Positions 55,443-61,701 of a stretch of DNA of 61,701 nucleotides are shown in pieces. The stretch covers positions 1 to 61,701 of the forward strand of contig DATIYO010000012.1 in assembly GCA_035517575.1 (NCBI GenBank), read 5' to 3'. Position 1 is the stretch's first letter. Each line of letters opens with the position of its first letter. Source of the DNA: Methanomicrobiales archaeon (GTDB taxonomy: Archaea; Halobacteriota; Methanomicrobia; Methanomicrobiales; JACTUA01). The position numbers and the translations under genes were made by a program. The notes below the pieces were generated by a model. The model searched no databases. It was not told the origin of the DNA and saw only the letters and a program-made list of their open reading frames with translations.

Positions 55443-56293
55443 AGAAGGAGAAGAAGGGCGTCGCGGCCGGGACCGCGACCGCGGAACCGAAGGTCGAGGA
55501 GGCGAGGCCGGCTGAGAGGAAGACCCCGCGGCCCATCTGGAGCGGCGCGGTGAGCATCGGCCTCGTGAACGTGCCGGTCAAGGCCTACCCGATGACCCGG
55601 GACCTCGCGGTGCACTTCCACCTCCTCCACCGGAAGGACGGCCAGCCCCTCAGGTACGAGCGGGTCTGCACCCGCGACGGCGTGGTGGTCCCCTGGGAGG
55701 AGACCGTGAAGGGGTACGAGGTGCGGAAGAACGAGTTCATCGTCCTCGAGAAGGAGGAGCTCCGGGCCGCCCTCCCCGAGTCCGACAGCCGGATCCGGAT
55801 CGACAAGTTCGTCCACTACCTCTCCCTCGACCCCGTGTACTTCGAGAACTCCTTCGTCCTCGTCCCCGACGGGGTGCCCGATGCCTACGCCCTCCTCTTC
55901 ACCGTCTGCCAGGAGCTCGGCGAGGCGGGGGTCGGCCGCTTCACCATGCGGACGAAGGAGTACCCCGCGGTCGTCCACGCGTACCACGGCGCCCTCATCC
56001 TCACCACCCTTCGGTACGCGAACGAGGTCATCGATCCCGCGAGTTTCGGGGAGCTCGCGGGCCTCGCGGCCCCGGCAGGGAAGCAGCTCGATCTCGCGAA
56101 GAAGATCATCACGGACCTCACGGGCGAGCTCGACATCTCCGAGTACCACGACACCTACCGCGAGCGGGTCCTCGCCATCATCGAGAAGAAGCGGTCGGGG
56201 GAGACCATCCGGGTGGAGAAGCCCAGGGCGGCCGAGGTGAAGGAGCTCATGGCCGCCCTCGAGGAGACCGTCGCGAAGCTCGGGAAGCAATGA
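55439..56293 (+). CDS. ku: Ku DNA-end-binding protein
   Basis: The start is TTG 55439, which overlaps the Pol stop and is preceded by ggaggagggagg. Motifs are RPIWSGAVSIGLVNVPVKAY, VVPWEETVKGYE, FVLVPD and AVVHAYHGALILTTLRYANEV. Confidence 0.85.
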   Translation: MKKEKKGVAAGTATAEPKVEEARPAERKTPRPIWSGAVSIGLVNVPVKAYPMTRDLAVHFHLLHRKDGQPLRYERVCTRDGVVVPWEETVKGYEVRKNEFIVLEKEELRAALPESDSRIRIDKFVHYLSLDPVYFENSFVLVPDGVPDAYALLFTVCQELGEAGVGRFTMRTKEYPAVVHAYHGALILTTLRYANEVIDPASFGELAGLAAPAGKQLDLAKKIITDLTGELDISEYHDTYRERVLAIIEKKRSGETIRVEKPRAAEVKELMAALEETVAKLGKQ

Positions 56294-57690
56294 CCCCCCG
56301 CTACCGCCCGATGCTCGCCCGCACCGCCGAGGCCCCCTTCTCGTCGCCCGACTGGATCTTCGAGGTGAAGTGGGACGGGATCCGGGCCATCGCGTACGCG
56401 GGGGAGGCCCTCTCTCTCCTCTCGCGGAACGGGACCGAGATGGCCGGCCGGTTCCCCGAGCTCCGCGAGATCCTGGAACTCGCGCCCGGCTGCGTCCTCG
56501 ACGGCGAGATCGTCCTCCTCCACGAGGGGACGAACGACATGCAGGCCCTCCTGGGCCGGTTCCAGGAGACCGACCCGCGCGAGATCGAGGCAGACTCCCT
56601 CGCCCTCCCCGTGACCTACGTCGCCTTCGACATCCTGGAGAAGGACGGGAAGCCCCTGGTCCGCCTCCCCCTCGAGGAGCGGCTGGGGATCCTCGGGGAG
56701 AGCGTGGAGGAGGGGAAGTACCTGGTCCGTTCCATCGCCGTGCGGGGTGAGGGGGAGCGGTACTTCGCCGAGGTGGTGAAGCGGGGCCTCGAGGGGGTGA
56801 TGGCGAAGCGCCTGGGGACCCCGTACGAACCCGGGGCGAGGAGCGACTCCTGGCTGAAGGTGAAGGCCGTGAAGACCCTCGACGGGGTGGTCTTCGGGTA
56901 CACGAGGGGCGCAGGGGCGCGGGCGGGGAGCTTCGGCGCCCTCGTCCTCGGGCTCTGCGACGGGGGCGAGGGGGTGTACATCGGCAGGGCGGGGACCGGC
57001 TTCGACCAGGCCGACCTCGGGAGCATCCTCGCCGCCCTCGCGCCCTTCCGGTCGGAAACCCCGACCCTCCAGGGAGCGGAACCCGGCGAGATCACCTGGG
57101 TCCTCCCGCGCATGGTCGTCGAGGTCGCCTACCACTCGGTGACCCGGGAGGGGCGGCTCCGCATGCCCCGGTTCATCAGGGTCCGGACCGACAAGGCACC
57201 TGCGGACTGCACCCCCGACCAGCTCGGCACCGCCCGAAACCTTCTTCCGTACCAGGGGAAGAGAGACTTCACCATGACGCCCGAACCGCGGGGGAAGAAG
57301 GCGGAGGCACCTGCGGGGAACTCCTTCGTCGTCCACGAGCACCATGCGAGGCACCTCCACTTCGACCTCCGGCTGGAGCGGGACGGGGTGCTCAAGTCCT
57401 GGGCGGTCCCGAAGGGCATCCCCGAAGCGACGGGGGAGAAGCACCTCGCCGTGCATGTCGAGGACCATCCCCTCGAGTACGGGACCTTCCAGGGGACCAT
57501 CCCCGAGGGGGAATACGGGGCGGGGACCGTCTCGATCTGGGACTCGGGGACGTACGACACCCTCGTCTGGAAGGAGGACAAGGTGGAGGTGGTCTTCCAC
57601 GGGAACCGGCTCCATGGACGGTATGCCCTCGTGAAGTTCAGGCGGGCCGGGGACAAGGACTGGCTTTTATTGAAGGCCGGCGACGACTGA
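56290..57690 (+). CDS. ATP-dependent DNA ligase (LigD ligase domain) fused to a C-terminal 3'-phosphoesterase (PE) domain
   Basis: The ATGA overlaps the ku stop. Ligase motif I is EVKWDGIRA (adenylation Lys codon 56368-56370). Other ligase motifs are VAFDIL, EGVMAKR, WLKVK and RMPRFIRVRTDK. The PE domain reads YQGKRDFTMTPEP...FVVHEHHARHLHFDLRLE...SWAVPKG...HPLEY. Confidence 0.85.
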   Translation: MTPRYRPMLARTAEAPFSSPDWIFEVKWDGIRAIAYAGEALSLLSRNGTEMAGRFPELREILELAPGCVLDGEIVLLHEGTNDMQALLGRFQETDPREIEADSLALPVTYVAFDILEKDGKPLVRLPLEERLGILGESVEEGKYLVRSIAVRGEGERYFAEVVKRGLEGVMAKRLGTPYEPGARSDSWLKVKAVKTLDGVVFGYTRGAGARAGSFGALVLGLCDGGEGVYIGRAGTGFDQADLGSILAALAPFRSETPTLQGAEPGEITWVLPRMVVEVAYHSVTREGRLRMPRFIRVRTDKAPADCTPDQLGTARNLLPYQGKRDFTMTPEPRGKKAEAPAGNSFVVHEHHARHLHFDLRLERDGVLKSWAVPKGIPEATGEKHLAVHVEDHPLEYGTFQGTIPEGEYGAGTVSIWDSGTYDTLVWKEDKVEVVFHGNRLHGRYALVKFRRAGDKDWLLLKAGDD

Positions 57691-57749
57691 TCGGGGGCAA
57701 GCTTCATCACCCGGGACGGGTCATCATCCCGTGCCGGGAGGTGTTCCCG

Positions 57750-57902
57750 ATGGCCTGTTCTGCAGGCGGACCGATGGAGATCACCATCCTCGACGCGGAA
57801 GAGGATGACACGAAGTGCAATGACTGCGGGAAGCAGTTCAGGCGCCCGAAGAAGAAGGCGGCCTGCCCCGACTGCGGCTCGGTGAACCTGAGCCCGCTCT
57901 AG
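57750..57902 (+). CDS. Small zinc-ribbon protein (50 aa; below the ORF-track length cut-off)
   Basis: My translation is MACSAGGPMEITILDAEEDDTKCNDCGKQFRRPKKKAACPDCGSVNLSPL, with two CxxC pairs. It is followed by a T7 tract. Confidence 0.45.
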   Translation: MACSAGGPMEITILDAEEDDTKCNDCGKQFRRPKKKAACPDCGSVNLSPL

Positions 57903-57917
57903 GGGCCGAACTCCCCC

Positions 57918-57924
57918 TTTTTTT
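57918..57924 (+). terminator. Oligo-T tract (T7) after the NHEJ/zinc-ribbon unit
   Basis: cccccTTTTTTTctctcttcc lies 16 nt after the TAG at 57900-57902. Confidence 0.35.
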
Positions 57925-58025
57925 CTCTCTTCCAAAGCAGCTCACGTGGCGGCCGGAACGGAGGCTATAACTCTCGGGAAGGGCTAGGATCTTGCAGGAC
58001 GCCCGTTCGCGGCGGGAGGCCATCC

Positions 58026-58898
58026 ATGTTCATCGGCATCGACCACGGGACCACGGCCATCCGGTTCTCCTCGGGTGACCGCGAGTTCAAGATCAGCCGG
58101 CGGGACGCGCGGGACTTCGCCGTGGAGGACCTGGGTCGCCTCGGTCCCCTCGGGGAGATCGGGGGGATCGCCCTCTGCTACTCGATGGGGGACAACTTCG
58201 CGGAGATCACCCCCGTCGGGCTTCTCTCGAACCGCGGGGTGGTGAGCCGGGAGGGCGCGGGCGAGCACATCGGCGGGGGCACCCGGATCTTCGACGCGAT
58301 CCGGGAGAGCGGCCTCCCCGCCGTCGCCGTGCCCGGCCTCCACCGCGGCTCCCCGACCGACCCCCGGTTCAAGGCCTACTCCCACCAGGCGAGCCCCGAG
58401 AAGATCGGGATCGCGTACGAGGTCTCCCATGCCCTCGGCGGCGACTTCGTCGTCTCCGATGTCTCCTCGAACACGGTGAGCATCCTCGTTACCGGCGGGA
58501 AGATCCGGGGGGCCCTCGATGCCTGCATCTTCGCGCCCGGGACCACCCAGGGGGCGCTCGACGTGGACGCCATCCGGAGGATCGACGAGGGGAAGAGCTC
58601 GGCGAACCGCGCCTTCATGGAGGCGGGCGTGAGCTTCACCCTCCCCGAGGGCGAGCGGGTCCGCACCCTCGCCCTCTTCGCCGCGATGGAGTGCGCCTCC
58701 CTCCGGGTCCTCTCTCCTGGCGCCCCCGTCGCCCTCGCGGGCACCTGCGCCCCCGCCATCGCCGGCGAGGTGGAGGCCCTCCTCTGCGAGAAACCGGCGG
58801 TCTTCGACGAGTGGTGCGCCTCGCGGGGGCTCGCCCGCATCGCACGCGACGTGTTCTCGGGAAAGAAGGATATCCTCGGGATCGGCGTGAGGCGGTGA
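58026..58898 (+). CDS. Methanogenesis marker protein 12 (UPF0285 family)
   Basis: MFIGIDHGTTAIRFS is an ASKHA-like N-terminus. The length (290 aa) and overall pattern match what I recall of the marker-12 family. Confidence 0.65.
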   Translation: MFIGIDHGTTAIRFSSGDREFKISRRDARDFAVEDLGRLGPLGEIGGIALCYSMGDNFAEITPVGLLSNRGVVSREGAGEHIGGGTRIFDAIRESGLPAVAVPGLHRGSPTDPRFKAYSHQASPEKIGIAYEVSHALGGDFVVSDVSSNTVSILVTGGKIRGALDACIFAPGTTQGALDVDAIRRIDEGKSSANRAFMEAGVSFTLPEGERVRTLALFAAMECASLRVLSPGAPVALAGTCAPAIAGEVEALLCEKPAVFDEWCASRGLARIARDVFSGKKDILGIGVRR

Positions 58899-58969
58899 GC
58901 GGGGCCCTTGTCCAGAGGGGCCCCTGCCCCCCCTGGACGATCCCGGCTCCTGCAGGACCCGGGATCTCT

Positions 58970-59281
58970 TCAACAGCCGGTGGGCGTCCTGATCTTCCCG
59001 TCGAGGGCCGCCAGGATCTCCTGCATCTTACCGGTCTCCCTCCCGTTGCTGAAGTGGTAGAGGAACAGGTGGAACAGGTCGGGGGCGAGCTCGTAGACGC
59101 CGGCGGCATACCGCACCTCCACGGTTTCCTCGCCGAGGACCCCCTTCACCGAGAGGAACCGCGGCCGCTCGAAGGAGAGGAACTGCTTCCCGTGGAGCGC
59201 CAGGATCTCGACCGTGCCGAAGTTCCCGAGGTAACCGGCGAGTTCGGGGGAGACGGGCTCCGAGAGGACGAACTCCTTCAT
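58970..59281 (-). CDS. Small hypothetical protein (103 aa)
   Basis: This is track ORF 58970..59428, trimmed to ATG 59281 (MKEFVLSEPVSPELAGYLGNFG...) because the upstream gene ends at 59322. Confidence 0.45.
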   Translation of the reverse strand: MKEFVLSEPVSPELAGYLGNFGTVEILALHGKQFLSFERPRFLSVKGVLGEETVEVRYAAGVYELAPDLFHLFLYHFSNGRETGKMQEILAALDGKIRTPTGC

Positions 59282-59321
59282 CAGGGTGCCGTCGACGCAG
59301 ACCTTCCGCTGGAGCGACCGC

Positions 59322-60551
59322 TCAACCCGCACGTCGCACCAACTCCTGCTCCCTCCGGGAGCAGTCGTCATCGCTCCAGGTCGGGTTCTGATGAACCCTC
59401 CCTCCTCGCACCACCTCCGCGAGGGCACCGGCGGCGAAGTCGCACTCCTCCGGCGTGTTCAGGCAGGAGAGGGAGAGCCGGACCGACCCCCTGCCCCCGT
59501 TGATCCTCCGGTGGACGAGCGGGGCGCAGTGCAGGCCGGTCCTGCAGACGATCCCGTAGATCCGGGCGAGGATGAACCCGAGCTTCCCGGGCTCCATCCC
59601 ATTCACGTTGAGGGAGACGATGGGCAGGTCGGGTCTCCGGTTGTCGATGGAGATGGAGTCCTCTGCTTCGAGCTTTTCGATGAGGCTCCTCGTCATCTCC
59701 ATCGTCTCCCGCTCCACCCGCCCGAGTCCGCGCTCCTGCAGGAACCGGATGCCGGCGTTGAGGGAGGCGATGCCCGGGTAATTGTGGGTGCCGGCCTCGA
59801 ACCGCTGGGGCATCCCGTTCTCCTGGTAGGGGTTGCTGGAATCCACGCCGGTCCCTCCCTGCCGGACCGGGTCCACGAGTTCCGGATTCCCGATGGAGAA
59901 CCCCCCGATCCCCGGGAGGCCGAAGAGCGCCTTGTGGCAGGTGAAGGCGAAGACATCGAGCGGGATGGAGCCGAGGTCGATCGGGACCTGGCCGGCCGTC
60001 TGCGCACCGTCCACGACGAAGAAGATCTCCTCTTCCCTGAGCAGGGTCCCGATCTCGCGGATATCCTGCACCGTGCCGAGGACATTGGAGCCGTGGGTCA
60101 CCACCGCGAGGCGGGTATCGTCGCGGATGGCGTCCTCCACGGTCCCCCGGGAGATGTATCCGGCGCCGTCGAAGGGGACGACCGTGAGGGAGATCCGCCC
60201 CTCCCGCTCCAGGGTGCGGAGCGGGCGGAGGACGGAGTTGTGCTCGAGCTCCGTGGTGATCACGTGGCACGGCCTCCCGAGGTGGTGGAGGAAGCCGTGG
60301 ATGGCCATGTTCAGGGCATCGGTCGCGTTCTGGGTGAAGATGAAGTGCTCCGGCGGGCCGGCCCGGAAGAACCCCGCGAGGAGTTCCCTCGTCTCCCCGG
60401 GGTAATCGCGCTGCCCGCCGAGGGTCGACCTCCCCTCCTCGAAGAAGGGGAGGGAGAGGGACCGGGCGACCTCCTCCATCACCCCCGGGGGCTTGGGCCA
60501 GGTCGTGGCCGCGTTGTTCAGGTAGACGATCCGACGGTTGCTTTCGGCCAT
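59322..60551 (-). CDS. Class V aminotransferase-fold PLP enzyme (cysteine desulfurase/selenocysteine-lyase-like)
   Basis: This is track ORF 59322..60629, trimmed to ATG 60551 (MAESNRRIVYLNNAATTWP). Motifs are THGSNVLG, FTCHKALFG (which carries the PLP lysine) and RTGLHCAP. Confidence 0.8.
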   Translation of the reverse strand: MAESNRRIVYLNNAATTWPKPPGVMEEVARSLSLPFFEEGRSTLGGQRDYPGETRELLAGFFRAGPPEHFIFTQNATDALNMAIHGFLHHLGRPCHVITTELEHNSVLRPLRTLEREGRISLTVVPFDGAGYISRGTVEDAIRDDTRLAVVTHGSNVLGTVQDIREIGTLLREEEIFFVVDGAQTAGQVPIDLGSIPLDVFAFTCHKALFGLPGIGGFSIGNPELVDPVRQGGTGVDSSNPYQENGMPQRFEAGTHNYPGIASLNAGIRFLQERGLGRVERETMEMTRSLIEKLEAEDSISIDNRRPDLPIVSLNVNGMEPGKLGFILARIYGIVCRTGLHCAPLVHRRINGGRGSVRLSLSCLNTPEECDFAAGALAEVVRGGRVHQNPTWSDDDCSRREQELVRRAG

Positions 60552-60636
60552 GGCGCTTCCTGGTGAGCTGTCTCGCGGAAGAAAAGAAGATGGTTTCGAT
60601 GGCACAGGATTTGCCGGTCCCCGGACCACCCCGTCT

Positions 60637-61419
60637 TCACGGGCACTGCTTCCGGTCGGTTATCTCCTTCCCGCCGAAGACGAAGAGCCGCGGGCCCCCC
60701 GCCTCCAGCCTGACATAGGTATTGGTGATGGCCTCGCCCTTCAGCCAGCTGCCGGTATTGACGACGGTGCCCGCCTTGTTGATGAAGGGGGCATGGGTGT
60801 GGCCGAACACGAGGATTTCGCCCGGCTTCGCGCTCGCGCAGGCCTTCCGCTCGAAGGCGTCCAGGGAATCGCCGAGGCGCACATCCGGCCCCTGCTTGAG
60901 GGCTTCCGCGTCCGCGCGGTCCTTGTCGGTCCAGTCGACGAGCTGCGAGATCAGGTTGGGCCCGATGCGGGGCAGGGTCGCCCAGATGCCCGATTCGAAG
61001 ATGCCCGCCGCGTCGGACATGGTCCTGCAGAGGGCCTCCATCAGGAGCGGGCTCTGCTTCTCGTCGAACTGGAACCCGTGGAGGAACCGGTAGTTCCGGC
61101 CGCTCTCGGCGAGGGTGAGGGTGTCCGTGAACTCGAAGGGGTACCCGTGGCCCTTCAGCTCCCGCAGGTGGAAGTCATGGTTCCCGTAGACGTAATGCAC
61201 CGGGATCCGCTTCTGGATCGCGGCGATCCGGTCGAAGGTGTCCCGGTTCTCGAGGAAGACCCCGCTCGCGTCCCTCCTCCACATGTCCACCACGTCGCCG
61301 AGCAGGACGAGATGAGTGACGCTCGCGTCGGCCTGGAGCTGGTCCAGGAACGCGTTGAAAGAGGCTTTATCCGAGTTCTCGTACCCGAGGTGCTGGTCGG
61401 AGGCGACAACGATGACCAT
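60637..61419 (-). CDS. Calcineurin-like metallophosphoesterase
   Basis: This is track ORF 60637..61662, trimmed to ATG 61419 (MVIVVASDQHLG). Motifs are LLGDVVD, GNHDFH and GHTH. Confidence 0.8.
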   Translation of the reverse strand: MVIVVASDQHLGYENSDKASFNAFLDQLQADASVTHLVLLGDVVDMWRRDASGVFLENRDTFDRIAAIQKRIPVHYVYGNHDFHLRELKGHGYPFEFTDTLTLAESGRNYRFLHGFQFDEKQSPLLMEALCRTMSDAAGIFESGIWATLPRIGPNLISQLVDWTDKDRADAEALKQGPDVRLGDSLDAFERKACASAKPGEILVFGHTHAPFINKAGTVVNTGSWLKGEAITNTYVRLEAGGPRLFVFGGKEITDRKQCP

Positions 61420-61701
61420 GGAGGGTGGTCTCCGTCGGTGGAGATGAAGGTTCCGGTTCCCTTCAGGGCCCGGTCTCGACTCAGGGTTCGGGCAGGGAAA
61501 GTGGCCTGGCAGGCCGTGAGCGGACCGCGGCCCGGGAAGGGGGGCCGGGAGCTCTCTCTCCCTTATAGGATCCGATCCTGTTCCGCGCCTGCTTCTTCGG
61601 ATACGGACGATTTTAAGCCCATTTCGATGGAATCGGAGGTCAAAACAGATACATTTATGCATGTTTAATCATGTAAAATGTACCGGGATTTTCGTGAAGG
61701 A

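Noticed and set aside
61440-61560. A possible structured RNA (I considered SRP/7S-like RNA) in the GC-rich non-coding stretch.
   Set aside because: I could not recognise conserved SRP helix-8 or other family motifs, and I cannot run a covariance model. It is kept only as a low-interest note.

Overview
High-GC archaeal chromosome segment. It is most consistent with a Methanomicrobiales-type methanogen, because it carries Topo VI A/B, archaeal-type ValRS, NMNAT and ApgM, and methanogenesis marker 12. I found about 60 densely packed genes and no rRNA, tRNA, CRISPR array or mobile element.

Layout:
- 1-16209: housekeeping genes (valS fragment, membrane proteins, YchF-type GTPase, a wHTH-FHA regulator overlapping a membrane Hanks kinase, larB-nadM, hisS, top6B/top6A).
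- 16217-52408: a ~36 kb surface-glycan / nucleotide-sugar island in four transcription blocks, with a divergent promoter hub at 36324-36510.
- 52400-61701: apgM, an SDR epimerase, an archaeal NHEJ operon (Pol, Ku, Lig-PE), marker 12, a class-V PLP enzyme and a metallophosphoesterase.

Most interesting part: the island contains a non-canonical nonulosonic-acid (Pse/Leg/sps-like) module. Its parts are a PIG-L deacetylase, a PseG-like enzyme, an SDR, a DegT aminotransferase, WbqC, a NeuB-family synthase and a cytidylyltransferase. The cytidylyltransferase is naturally fused to a ~620-aa unassigned domain carrying a KLHP motif, and a stand-alone paralogue of that domain lies at 33560-35449. Two paralogous radical-SAM/SPASM-like enzymes are translationally coupled to sugar-nucleotide enzymes. 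No N-acetyltransferase, PseB/LegB-type dehydratase or AglB is recognisable.

Limits: all family calls come from reading the supplied translations, plus my own translation of edge and short ORFs, and recognising motifs from memory. No database search was run. Many long Arg/Pro/Gly-rich ORFs in the track are antisense or out-of-frame artefacts of the high GC content. Several true starts are internal to track ORFs, or are GTG/TTG codons overlapping the upstream stop.
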